A stretch of 64,000 bases of DNA from Macrostomum lignano (taxonomy: Eukaryota), in assembly GCA_002269645.1 (NCBI GenBank), contig NIVC01003987.1:1-64000 (forward strand). Reading direction: 5' to 3'. Shown here in pieces: positions 12,788 through 25,640 of the stretch. Numbering within the stretch: the first letter of the stretch is position 1; each line of letters starts with the position of its first letter. The notes under the pieces were generated by a model. That model searched no databases and had not been told where the DNA came from. It saw only the letters and a program-made list of their open reading frames with translations. The position numbers were made by a program, and so were the translations under genes.

Positions 12788-14060
12788 TGAATTCCCCCAT
12801 TCACCATGCCCAATGTCCATCTGAATTCCTCCACCAATTATTCACTAAGCCCAATGTCCATCTGAATTCCTCCACCAATTATTCACTAAGCCCAATGTCC
12901 ATCTGAATACCCCCATTCACTAAGCCCAATGTCCATCTGAATTCCCCCATTCACCATGACTAAGTCCATCTGAATTCCCCCACCTGTTATTCACCATGCC
13001 CAATGTCCATCTGAATTCCTCCACCAATTATTCACTAAGCCCAATGTCCATCTGAATTCCTCCACCAATTATTCACTAAGCCCAATGTCCATCTGAATTC
13101 CCCCACCTGTTATTCACCATGCCCAATGTCCATCTGAATTCCCCGTTTCACTAAGCCCAATGTCCATCTGAATTCCCCCATTCACCATGCCTAAGTCCAT
13201 CTGAATTCCCCACCTGTTATTTACCATGCCCAATGTCCATCTGAATTCCCCCACCTGTTAATACCATGCGCAATTTCCATCTGATTCTGAATTTCTCTAC
13301 CCCCATTCACTAAGCCCAATGTCCATCTGAATTCCCCCATTTCACCATGCCCAATGTCCATCTGAATTCCCCCATTTCACCATGCCCAATGTCCATCTGA
13401 ATTCCCCAACCCATTATTCACCATGCCTCATGTCCATCTGAATTCCCCCACCAATTATTCACTAAGCTCAATGTCCATCTGAATTCCCCGTTTCACTAAG
13501 CCCAATGTCCATCTGAATTCCCCGTTTCACTAAGCCCAATGTCCATCTGAATTCCCCCATTCACCATGCCTAAGTCCATCTGAATTCCCCACCTGTTATT
13601 TACCATGCCCAATGTCCATCTGAATTCCCCCACCTGTTATTCACCATGCCCAATGTCCATCTGAATTCCCCCACCTGTTATTTACCATGCGCAATGTCCA
13701 TCTGATTCTGAATTTCTCTACCCCCATTCACTAAGCCCAATGTCCATCTGAATTCCCCCATTTCAACATGCCCAATGTCCATCTGAATTCCCCACCTGTT
13801 ATTCACCATGCCCAATGTCCATCTGAATTCCCCCATTCACAAAGCCCAACGTCTATCTGAATTCCCCCATTCGCTAAGCCCAATGTCCTCTTAGTGAATT
13901 CACTAACCCCAATGTCTATCTGAATTCCCCCATTTACTTAGCCCAATGTCCATCTGAATTCCCCCATTCACTAAGCCCAATATCTATCTGAATTCCCCCA
14001 TTCACTAAGCCCAATATCTATCTGAATTCCCCCATTCACTAAGCCCAATCTCTATCTGGA
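12788..14060. repeat. Variable-length minisatellite (about 30-47 bp) with core CCCAATGTCCATCTGAATTCCCC
   Basis: About 35 copies of the core immediately 3' of the innexin ORF. Confidence 0.95.
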
Positions 14061-14640
14061 TTTCTCATTTCCCTAGCCTTAACTACATGTGTAACATCAA
14101 GCAATCAACAATGCAATTATTATCTTATAAGTCTTTTCTGTCTGTTTTGTTTACTCAAGTTTGAAATCAATTTGAATTGGTTTGTGCTCAAACTTATTGC
14201 TGTTTTATTACACGTATATGTACTTATGCAGTACTTGGTGCTTTAATGAACTGCTCAAATACTTTAATACCATTTTTAGTACTCGTGGTAGCCGATCTTT
14301 AATATCGTAATTAAAAATTTATACGAATCGATAATCAGCCAAATATAATCTGTTTGTTTCTATCGTTCAATAAATTCGTTCACTTTCACTCTAGTTATTG
14401 TCTTATTTCTTGATATTACATTAAACTAGTACATGCATTTACGAGCTACATTAAAGAGTCCTTGACCTGAGCCCAAGTGAACAACAGCTCCAAAGAATTT
14501 CTAACATTGCTCTATAATTAATTACCTAAAAACTGTTACAGACACAGACAAACTGTTTATCTCATCGCTATTCTGACTGACGGCGCTGTAATTTGCAAGT
14601 ACAATACTATACGCGTACGTTTTTATAGTAAAGTAAATAC

Positions 14641-15043
14641 CAGGCGCATCGCCATCGGGGGGGGGGGGGGGCAGGGGGCATGTCCCTCTCCCCCCCAGTA
14701 AAAGCTATGGGGGGACATTCCAATGCTTCGTGCCCCCCCCCACCCCACCTTGTGACTCGTAATCAATAATTTTTTCAGGGCGCCAAAATATAGCGCCTAA
14801 TGAGTGCCTACGGTGCTAAAATGAGTGGCTGCGGCGCTTAAAGGAATGCCTGCGACACCAAAATGAGTGCCTGCGGCGCTAAAATGATCGAGTTCCTGCG
14901 GCGCTAAAATGAGTACCTACGGTGCCAAAATGAGCGCTGACAACACGACTCTCAAAATAATGGAAATGTAGGAATTTAGTCATGTAACATGTTGATTTCT
15001 TGGCTTTGTCCCCCACCATAAAATCCATGGCGATGCACCCCTG
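14641..15043. mobile_element. hAT-like MITE with a perfect 8-bp TSD
   Basis: Left end CAGGCGCATCGCCAT and right end ATGGCGATGCACCCCTG (imperfect TIR). GTAAATAC lies at both 14633-14640 and 15044-15051. Internal short repeats AAAATGAGTGCCT(G/A)CGG. Confidence 0.85.
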
Positions 15044-15714
15044 GTAAATACTTTTGTTTTAATTTATTTTTACAACACATGTAAATAGTGGCGCTGGCCT
15101 ACAGATTTACTTACATGTATGTACACTTCTTATATATGGAGGCAAGTATAAAAATGTTAGCTAACACGAGTGTGCTTGCAACGAAGATTAATAAGAAGCG
15201 AAAATGGTACCGTCAAACAAGCAAATTAGGCTCTAAATTAAGCTTCAAGGACTTGGGCTCACAGTCGCGGAGTCAAGGACGACTTAAATCTCATTCTTAG
15301 TAAAAGCCATGCATGCCTTTCGTTGCAAGCTTTTGCACTGTGAATTAAGCGTAACGAATTATCGAACTTAGCTCGTAATAAATAAATCGACTTATTGTGA
15401 AGAGTAAGGGACCGTAGCGATCGCATCGGAGTAGCTAAGTTTATTTAAAATTGGTGATATCACTTTCACCTTTTAACGCCCGTCCATTTCCGGAGGACCT
15501 TGGACTATTGAATTCATACGGAATTTATGTCACGATTGTAAAGTAAATAACCGCGTAAATGCAATTCGGAACACTTTCAAATTCTTCAAAATAGTAGCTG
15601 GACGCTGAGCGGCCAGCCCGGCCGCTATAGGGTATTTTCCAGCGAATGAAAGTCAATCTTCAGTTATCAAAATTGATGTGTATGGCTCATGTCAATGGCA
15701 CGTAGCTATATTGA

Positions 15715-16541
15715 CAGGGGCGTAGGGAGGAGGGGATAGGGGGGATGTATCCCGCCCGAAGAGCCTGACCAAAACTTTTTTGTTGCCCTTTGTTGCTATA
15801 CATGCTACCATGTGACTCTGTCATAGCACTTTTACCTTGGTGTATCCCCCCGTAGAAAATTCACCTTGGTGTTACTTAATTCAGTGATGAGACTTAGTTC
15901 AGTCATGAGACTGTCACTGGAGCAGACAGGCGTAGGGAGGGGGGATAGGGGGGATGTATCCCCCCCAAAGAGCCTGACCAAAACTTTTTTGTTGCCCTTG
16001 GTTGCTATACATGCTACCATGTGACTCTGTCATAGCACTTTTACCTTGGTGTATCCCCCCGTAGAAAACTCACCTTGGTGTTACTTAATTCAGTGATGAG
16101 ACTTAGTTCAGTCATGAGACTGTCACTGGAGCAGACAGGCGTAGGGAGGGGGGATAGGGGGGATGTATCCCCCCCAAAGAGCCTGACCAAAACTTTTTTG
16201 TTGCCCTTGGTTGCTATACATGCTACCATGTGACTCTGTCATAGCACTTTTACCTTGGTGTATCCCCCCGTAGAAAACTCACCTTGGTGTTACTTAATTC
16301 AGTGATGAGACTTAGTTCAGTCATGAGACTGTCACTGGAGCAGACAGGCGTAGGGAGGGGGATAGGGGGGATGTATCCCCCCCAAAGAGCCTGACCAAAA
16401 CTTTTTTGTTGCCCTTGGTTGCTATACATGCTACCATGTGACTCTGTCATAGCACTTTTACCTTGGTGTATCCCCCCGTAGAAAACTCACCTTGGTGTAT
16501 CCCCCTTGGCCCCCTGTAGGAAATTCCTAGCTATACCCCTG
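15715..16541. mobile_element. MITE-like element containing a 209-bp tandem repeat (3 full units plus a partial)
   Basis: Ends CAGGGGCGTAG...CTATACCCCTG form an imperfect TIR. Unit starts at 15721, 15931, 16140 and 16349. Flanks share ATATTG (imperfect TSD). Confidence 0.75.
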
Positions 16542-17916
16542 ATATTGTACCATATAATACTAAAACTAGGTTTGCTTATTATAATATTACTACAAGATAG
16601 ACTAGCTAGTGTAGGTCTAGCTAGATATAAGTCATGACTACAATTATAATATATTAACAATTAATTATAGAATCCAAACTGTTTTTATGTGATTTACTGC
16701 GCATTCTTTCCTGGGTCAAACAAACACATGGATATTTCATATAGTCACAGTGAAAACTTGCAATGAAAATGAGAAATAAAAAAATATATATAGTGTCTCT
16801 TTAATCCAGCTTATTGAAATTTGTGTGCCTGTATTTTCTTTGTTAATGATTTAGAAAAAATAGAATAAATTTTTAGTTGGAAATATAAAAATGAAGGTCT
16901 ACTCAACTTACCCTATTGCTTTTGAAAATATTTTTTGTTATTGTTATCAAATAATTTAGTTGTCTTAGATTTAGTACAATTTACTACAATTGATTTTGTG
17001 GCAATTTTCGAGGTCTGTTTCTTAATTTATTTTGACTTGCTTAATGACTTTGTCATTATTATCTAATTCTGAAAGATACAGAGATGAATATTCCAAGTTT
17101 AAAGCCAGTTAGAATTATAAGCCATTTAAATTTGTTTATGATAGACAAGAATTCTGCTTATATATAAGTTGAATTTAAATCTAAAATAATATATAATTTA
17201 TTTTTTTCAATATGTTCAAAATCAACTTTTCATAGATTTTAATATACTTTCATTTAATGGAACAATTAATCCTGCTAAATATTTTTCATAATTTAGGTAT
17301 GAAAGCTATAAACAAAAGTAATTTAACTTGAGGCTTTTCTCAAAGAATTTTTTCTAGAAGCACTTGCTTTCAACAAAATGCTTATGTCCTATTTTTATAT
17401 TGAATGAAATAAACTATACATATACCTTATAATTATTCATTGCTTATATAGTGTTATTAAACTGCCATTTGATAATGTTATATGTAACAATATGAAAAAA
17501 GTTCAATGTGGTTTTCTTAAATTCTTAGAAAGCCATTTGCTACTTCTAGTAATATGATGAGACAGTTAAAAATTTACTAATAATATTTAATAACCACCTC
17601 TAAATTTCAGACAAGCTGAGCCCTTGCGGCAATCTTGTCTTTCGACTTTCTCCTTTTCTCATCCTTTTTGCCACTTTTGTTTCAAACAATATTTTCTCTT
17701 TTTGTACCAACTTTTAATATTATAAAACAGCAGAAAGGCTCCAACCCATTTCTGGTGTTTTAAAACCTTCTCCTTTTCTTTAACTAGATTTTCACTTCAC
17801 TCCAGTTAGCTCTTTTCGAAGGAATAAATTCGACGTTTTGCAGTAAGAAAACACTTAGAACTCATAGGCCAACTTATTAAAGTTAAAAGTTTACTTGGAA
17901 GACACCAGAGGCAGTC

Positions 17917-20900
17917 ATGTCAGATCCCGCGCACAAAGCCATGCTCTATTTCTTGGAAATTCTACTCAACTGCACTGACTCTGAGGATAACGGCGATTCG
18001 ACGACTGTCGGCGGCAGTGCCGACGCCTCGTCTGACAGCGGCGGTGGTGGCGACGACGGCTCCGGCGTCCGCCTGTCCAGTCTGGCCGCCCACTTCCACA
18101 GCCGACATTTCGACGTCGAGATGCGCAACGCCGTCGGCGGGCCAGCCGGACTTCGGGCTTTCCTGCGCCGCTATCCGGCGCTGTTTCGCGTCGTTGGGGA
18201 CCGCGTCCGCGCTGTTGGACCGACTGGCAAGTCGGCGTCTGTTGCCGCCGTTGCTGCCGCTGCAGCCGCCGCCTCTGCCGCTAATTCAAATTCTGCTACA
18301 TCGTCAGTTGCTGAAGCAGCTACGGCAGATCTGGAGCGGGACCTCGGAGCGGTGCGATTCCTACAGGTACGAGTCCTGTCTCTTAGTAGGTACAGGAGGG
18401 TAGTTATTGTCACTGAAGGAGCAGGAAAGCAGGGACTGTCACTGAAGGAGCAGACGGGCAGCGACTGTCACTGAAGGAGCAGACGGGCAGCGACTGTCAC
18501 TGAAGGAGCAGGAAAGCAGGGACTGTCACTGAAGGAGCAGACGGGCAGCGACTGTCACTGAAGGAGCAGGAAGAGAGTGAGAATCGAGCCTGTCAATTTG
18601 AGTCATCCACCCATAATGAGTCATGAGCCTGTCAATTTGAGTCATCCACACCATAATGAGTCATGAGCCTGTCAATTTGAGTCATCCACCCATAATGAGT
18701 CATGAGCCTGTCAATTTGAGTCATCCACACCATAATGAGTCATGAGCCTGTCAATTTGAGTCATCCACCCCATAATGAGTTATGAGGCCTCTCAATTTGA
18801 GTCATCCACCCATAATGAGTCATGAGCCTGTCAATTTGAGTCATCCACCCCATAATGAGTTATGAGGCCTCTCAATTTGAGTCATCCACCCATTATGAGT
18901 CATGAGCCTGTCAATTTGAGTCATCTACCCATTATGAGTCATGAGCTTGTCAATTTGAGTCATCCACCCGATAATGAGTCATGAGCCAGTCAATTTGAGT
19001 CATCCACCCCATTATGAGTCATAAGCCTGTCAATTCGAGTCATCCATCCCATAATGAGTAATGAGCCTGTCAATTGAGTCATCCACCTCATAATGAGTCA
19101 TGAGCCTGTCAATTTGAGTCATTTACCTCATAATGAGTCATGAGTCTGTCGATTCGAGTCATCCACCCCATTATAATGAGTCATGAGCTTGTCCATTTGA
19201 GTCATCCACCCCATTATAATGAGCCATGAGCCTGTCAATTTGAGCCATCCACCCCATAATGAGCCATGAGCCTGTCAATTTGAGTCATTTACCCCATAAT
19301 GAGCCATGAGCCTGGCAATTTGAGCCATCCACCCCATAATGAGCCATGAGCCTGTCAATATGAGTCATCCACCCCATAATGAGTCATTCACCCCTATTGA
19401 GTCATTCAGATCACGTCCCTCTTTTGTCTACATTTTTGCCAGTCCCGCCTGGCCGCTAAGAGGGAGCGCTGGGTTCCCGTGCGCAGCCTGTGCGGCCATC
19501 TGGGCCAGGCGCCGTCCGACGTTCGCGCCGCTCTCGGCCTCAGCGGCGGCGGCTCGGCGGCTGTAGAATTGGCCGCATTTTTAGCCAAGCACCGGCACGC
19601 ATTTGAAGTGCAAGGTGAACTTGTGTCGCTTAGAAATGGTGGCGGGGGAGGCGGCGGCAGCGGCGGCGGCCGGCAGAGCTCCGCCCGCAGGCCCGGCAGT
19701 CTGGCGCTTGGCAGCCAGCAGCAGCAGCAGCAACAGCAACAAAACCACCATCTGATATCCGCCGGTTCAAGCGGTCGCTCTCTACCGTCTACTCCTAACG
19801 GATTTCAGCAGCAGCAGCAGCAACATCAGGTACACATGTCCGCTGCCGAGTACAAAGCTGTCATGTTTGTCCGCAAGGTGCTGCTTAAAAAGGGCGGTCG
19901 AATGCCATTGGCTAAACTGTTCACCGTGCTGTCCAGGTGAGTGAACTCTCATCTTTTTTTCCAGAATATCCCCTATCCAATCTCACTCCGTCTGTCCTAT
20001 CTAATCTCACTCCGTCTGTCCTATCTAATCTCAGAAGCTCCCCTATCTAATCTCAAAAGCTTCCCTATCTAATCTCAAAAGCTTCCCTATCTAATCTCAG
20101 AAGCTCCCCTATCTAATCTCAAAAGCTTCCCTATCTAATCTCAGAAGCTTCCCTATCTAATCTCAGAAGCTTCCCTATCTAATCTCAGAAGCTCCCCTAT
20201 CTAATCTCAAAAGCTTCCCTATCTAATCTCAGAAGCTCCCCTATCTAATCTCAAAAGCTTCCCTATCTAATCTCAGAAGCTTCCCTATCTAATCTCAAAA
20301 GCTTCCCTATCTAATCTCAAAAGCTTCCCTATCTAATCTCAGAAGCTTCCCTATCTAATCTCAAAAGCTTCCCTATCTAATCTCAGAAGCTTCCCTATCT
20401 AATCTCAAAAGCTTCCCTATCTAATCTCAGAAGCTCCCCTATCTAATCTCAAAAGCTTCCCTATCTAATCTCAGAAGCTCCCCTATCTAATCTCAAAAGC
20501 TTCCCTATCTAATCTCAGAAGCTTCCCTATCTAATCTCAAAAGCTTCCCTATCTAATCTCAGAAGCTCCCCTATCTAATCTCAAAAGCTTCCCTATCTAA
20601 TCTCAGAAGCTCCCCTATCTAATCTCAAAAGCTTCCCTATCTAATCTCAGAAGCTCCCCTATCTAATCTCAAAAGCTTCCCTATCTAATCTCAGAAGCTT
20701 CCCTATCTAATCTCAGAAGCTTCCCTATCTAATCTCAGAAGCTCCCCTATCTAATCTCAAAAGCTTCCCTATCTAATCTCAGAAGCTCCCCTATCTAATC
20801 TCAAAAGCTTCCCTATCTAATCTCAGAAGCTCCCCTATCTAATCTCAAAAGCTTCCCTATCTAATCTCAGAAGCTCCCCTATCTAATCTCAAAAGCTTCC

Positions 20901-23570
20901 CTATCTAATCTCAGAAGCTCCCCTATCTAATCTCAAAAGCTTCCCTATCTAATCTCAGAAGCTTCCCTATCTAATCTCAGAAGCTTCCCTATCTAATCTC
21001 AGAAGCTCCCCTATCTAATCTCAAAAGCTTCCCTATCTAATCTCAGAAGCTCCCCTATCTAATCTCAAAAGCTTCCCTATCTAATCTCAGAAGCTCCCCT
21101 ATCTAATCTCAAAAGCTTCCCTATCTAATCTCAAAAGCTTCCCTATCTAATCTCAGAAGCTTCCCTATCTAATCTCAAAAGCTTCCCTATCTAATCTCAG
21201 AAGCTTCCCTATCTAATCTCAAAAGCTTCCCTATCTAATCTCAGAAGCTCCCCTATCTAATCTCAAAAGCTTCCCTATCTAATCTCAGAAGCTCCCCTAT
21301 CTAATCTCAGAAGCTTCCCTATCTAATCTCAGAAGCTTCCCTATCTAATCTCAGAAGCTTCCCTATCTAATCTCAGAAGCTCCCCTATCTAATCTCAAAA
21401 GCTTCCCTATCTAATCTCAGAAGCTTCCCTATCTAATCTCAAAAGCTTCCCTATCTAATCTCAGAAGCTCCCCTATCTAATCTCAAAAGCTTCCCTATCT
21501 AATCTCAGAAGCTTCCCTATCTAATCTCAGAAGTTCCCCTATCTAATCTCAAGAGCTTCCCTATCTAATCTCAGAGGCTCCCTTATCTAATCTCAGAATC
21601 TCCTCCTATCTAATCTCAGAGGTTCCCCAATCAAACCTCAGAATCTCACACTATCTAAGCTCAGAATCTCACACTATCTAATCTCAGATTCTTATTACAC
21701 TATCTAATCTCAGATTCTTATTACACTATCTAATCTCAGAATCTTACACTATCTAATATCAGAATCTTACATTATTTAATCTCAGAATCTTACACTATTT
21801 AATCTCAGAATCTCACACTATCTAATCTCAGAATCTCACACTATCTAATCTCAGAATCTCTTCCTATCTTATCTCAGAGGTTCCCCAATCTAATCTCAGA
21901 ACCTCCCCTATCTGATCTCAGAGGCTCCCTTATCTAATCTCAGAAGCTCCCCTGTCTAATCTCAGAATCTCAGATCTCAATCATCCAATCTGAGAGTCGC
22001 CCCGATCCAATCTCAACCCGCAGGCCTGGAGACGGGGCCGAGCAGGCCCGCAACTTGATTGGCTGGACGCAGATGGAGCTGGAGGAGTTCCTTGCCAAGC
22101 GGCCGCTGTTCTTCGACTGCTGCTCCTCATTGGTGTCCGACAGCGCCGAGGTCGCTGTGAGGCGCGGCCAGCGGCTCAGCATCGTTATCAGCGAGTCGGC
22201 CACCACCGCCGCCGCTGCTTCAGCTGCCGCAGCCGCTGCCGCTCCCACCCCCGCACAGTCAGTGAACGGCGGTGAGGCGCCGCGCACACTCAGCAACCGG
22301 TGTGGCACCGTGTTCCACTGCTCACGACTGTGGGGCATCATTGATTTGGGCCGGCACGAGCACGTGTTCTTTGATAGGTCCATCTTCAAGCACGTGGAGG
22401 ACCTGCAGCGGCACTTCAAGGTGAGGTGGATGGGGAGATTTTGGAACTAGATATGGGGAGATTTTGGAATTATATATGGGGAGATTTTGGGATTCGATAT
22501 GGGGAGATTTTGGGATTCGATATGGGGAGATTTTTGGATTCAAAATGGGGATATTTTGGGATTCGATGTCGAGATATTTTTGAATTCGATAGGGGGAGAT
22601 TTTGGGATTCGATCGGGGGGTATTCTGGGACTCGATTTGGCAAGATTTTGGGAGTCAATATGGAGATATTTTTTATTCAATATGAGGATATTTTGGGATT
22701 CGATAAAGGGAAGATTTTGGGATTCGATAGGGGGAGATTTTAGGATTTGATATGGGGAGATTTTAGGATTCGATATGGGGAGATTTTAGGATTCGATATG
22801 GGGAGATTTTAGGATTCGATATGGGGAGATTTTGGGATTCGCTATGGGGAGATTTTGGGATTTGATATGTCGAGATTTTTAGATTCAATATATGGGGAGA
22901 TTTTGGGATTGGATATGGGGATATTTCGGGATTTGATATGGGGAGATTTTTAGATTCAATATGGGGAGATTTTGGGATTAGATGTGTGTGAGATTCGAAA
23001 ATCGGGTTTTAGAGGTCCTGGGCTTGAAAGAAAGGCATCGGATGAAATTGGAGTGCGGAACCAGATCGAGACAGTCTCATTTGCCGCCTTGGCCATCAGG
23101 TGAACGATCCCGTGTACTTCAACGCCATCCTCGCGCCGCGGGAGAGCCGCGCCAAATGGCGCGCCACCAAAGTGTGGAAGGAGTGCGACCGGCCTCTGGT
23201 GGACCGGATGTCCGCCGCGGCCGCCGCTGCGTCAATCGTTTCGCCGCTCTCGCCGTCGCCGTCGCCGGCTGCCCCGGCTCCGTCGGCTGCTGTCGGCGGC
23301 ATCACGGGGGCTTCGTCTGCTGAAGCCGAAGCTCAGGCAGCCGAGGCCGAGCTCTGCCGCCTGCTGGACAGCCTGCTGGTCGGCCCGTCGCCGTCCTTGT
23401 CGTCTCCTGTTGCGTCGACTCCGAGCGTCGGCAGCTCCGGCCGGCTGTGCCTGTCGTGCCGGCAGCGCTGCCGATCCGGCGGTGGTTTGGCAGCAGCCGG
23501 CGTCTCAGTGGCCTGCCAGACACTCAGCACCGGCGACATCATGCTGACTAATATTTATCACGACCCTTGA
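17917..23570 (+). CDS. Egal-1/LIN-66-type winged-helix repeat plus cold-shock (OB) domain RNA-binding protein, 4 exons (17917-18366, 19443-19936, 22024-22420, 23100-23570)
   Basis: All three GT-AG junctions are phase compatible (FLQ|SRL, LSR|PGD, HFK|VND). N-terminal HKAMLYFLEILL...LRAFLRRYPALFRV resembles Egalitarian-type winged helices and recurs three times. GTVFHCSRLWGIIDLGRHEHVFFDRSIF is a CSD-like segment. Confidence 0.85.
18406..18575. repeat. 29-bp intronic minisatellite (GCGACTGTCACTGAAGGAGCAGACGGGCA)n
   Basis: About 5-6 copies at the 5' end of intron 1 of the winged-helix gene. Confidence 0.9.
18585..19405. repeat. About 39-41-bp intronic minisatellite (GAGTCATGAGCCTGTCAATTTGAGTCATCCACCCATAAT)n
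   Basis: About 20 copies fill intron 1; two TGAGTCA per unit. Confidence 0.95.
19968..21975. repeat. 22-bp intronic minisatellite (CCCTATCTAATCTCA[G/A]AAGCT[T/C])n
   Basis: About 70 near-perfect units plus degenerate ends; fills intron 2. Confidence 0.97.
22428..22990. repeat. About 21-22-bp intronic minisatellite (GATATGGGGAGATTTTGGGATTC)n
   Basis: Begins a few bases after the donor of intron 3. Confidence 0.95.
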
Positions 23571-23599
23571 CACATGGCTTGAGTCCGGGATTTGGGGTC

Positions 23600-24270
23600 T
23601 GTTTAAACATGAGCCTGTGTAGGGTATGACATGATTCTGTATTCCTGTGTATGGTTAAGACATGATCCTTTGTAGGGTATGACATGATTCTGTATTCCTG
23701 TGTATGGTTAAGACATGATCCTGTGTAGGGTATGACATGATCCTGTGTAGCGTATGACATGATCCTGTGTATGGTCAAGACATGATCCTGTGTATGGTTA
23801 AGACATGATCCTGTGTAGGGTTAGGACATGATCCTGCTTAGGGTATGACATGATCCTGTGTAGGGTTAAGACATGATCCTGTGTAGGGTATGACATGATC
23901 CTGTGTAGGGTATGACATGATCTGATCCTGTGCCAGTTAAGACATGATCCTGTGCCAGTTAGGACATAATCCTCTGCAGGTTAGTACATGATTCTGTGTA
24001 GGTTAAGACATGATCCTGTGCCAGTTAAGACATGATCCTGTGCCAGTTAGGACATAATCCTCTGCAGGTTAGTACATGATTCTGTGTAGGTTAAGACATG
24101 ATCCTGTGCCAGTTAAGACATGATCCTGTGCCAGTTAGGACATAATCCTCTGCAGGTTAGTACATGATTCTGTGTAGGTTAAGACATGATCCTGTGCCAG
24201 TTAGGACATAATCCTCTGCAGGTTAGTACATGACTCTGTGTAGGTTAAGACATGATCCTGTGCCAGTTAG
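23600..24270. repeat. About 22-bp minisatellite (AAGACATGATCCTGTG...)n with an 88-bp higher-order unit at its 3' end
   Basis: Subunits at 22-bp spacing (23939, 23961, 23983, 24005, 24027). A four-subunit pattern recurs at 24005 and 24093. Confidence 0.9.
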
Positions 24271-24714
24271 GGCAGTTTATTGTCAGCAGATAATTCTTTA
24301 GTTTCGTCAAAATCACGTCATTTTCGTGTTGTTTCGCTTATCTATCGGGCAATTTCGTCGCATCCGAAAAAGGTTTCAATCGGGTCTTTTTCCTTCTCTA
24401 TCCAATTATTACAGTTTTTTTGGTTACGTAATTTTTATTTTTCGACCGTTTTCAGAAAACGCTTGGTGTTAAATTTGTACCATCGCAACGCTGTCGCACA
24501 TTGTATAGACGCAAATTTTCATCTTTCGCTGCTAGTCTTGACTTAGTGTTTTCGTTTTTTATCAAGAGATAAGCTTTTTGTGTTTTCAATTTTATTTTCT
24601 ACTGACTCTGAATCTGCAACTTTGTGTGAAGTTTAATGTTTTTTGGTTATTAAAAACAATTGCAATTATGCCTATTTTATTATTTGATTACCCAAATTAA
24701 AGAACGGGGCCTCG

Positions 24715-25640
24715 TGGTGCCTTAATGAGATAAAAGTGCCTCGGGCTGCGTGTGGTGCCTGGATGAGATAATAGTGCCTCGGGCTGCGTGTGGTGCCTGG
24801 ATGAGATAATAGTGCCTCGGGCTGCGTGTGGTGCCTGGATGAGATAATAGTGCCCCGGACAGCGTGGGGTGCCTGGATGAGATAATAGGGCCTAAAGCTG
24901 CGTGGGATGCCTGGATGAGATAATATGGCCTAGAACTGCGTGGGATGCCTGGATGAGATAATAGGGCCTAGAGCTGCGTGGGATGCCTGGATGAGATAAT
25001 AGGGCCTAGAGCTGCGTGTGGTGCCTGGATGAGATAATAGGGCCTAGAGCTGCGTGTGGTGCCTGGATGAGATAATATGGCATAGAACTGCGTGGGATGC
25101 CTGGATGAGATAATAGGGCCTAGAGCTGCGTGTGGTGCCTGGATGAGATAATAGGGCCTAGAGCTGCGTGTGGTGCCTGGATGAGATAATATGGCCTAGA
25201 GCTGCGTGGGATGCCTGGATGAGATAATAGGGCCTAGAGCTGCGTGTGGTGCCTGGATGAGATAATAGGGCCTAGAGCTGCATGTGGCGCCTGGATGAGA
25301 TAATAGGGCCTAGAGCTGCGTGTAGTGCCTGGGTGAGATAATAGGGCCTAGAGCTGCGTGTAGTGCCTGGATGAGATAATAGTGTCTCTGGCTGCATGTG
25401 GCGCCTGGATGAGATAATAGGGCCTAGAGCTGCGTGTGGTGCCTGGGTGAGATAATAGGGCCTAGAGCTGCGTGTAGTGCCTGGATGAGATAATAGGGCC
25501 TAGAGCTGCGTGTGGTGCCTGGGTGAGATAATAGGGCCTTGAGCTGCGTGTAGTGCCTGGATGAGATAATAGTGTCTCTGGCTGTATGTGGTGCCTAGAT
25601 TAGATAATAGAGCCTCGGGATGGGTGGTGCCTGGATGAAA
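24715..25640. repeat. 38-bp minisatellite (GTGCCTGGATGAGATAATAGGGCCTAGAGCTGCGTGTG)n
   Basis: About 24 copies, intergenic. Confidence 0.95.
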
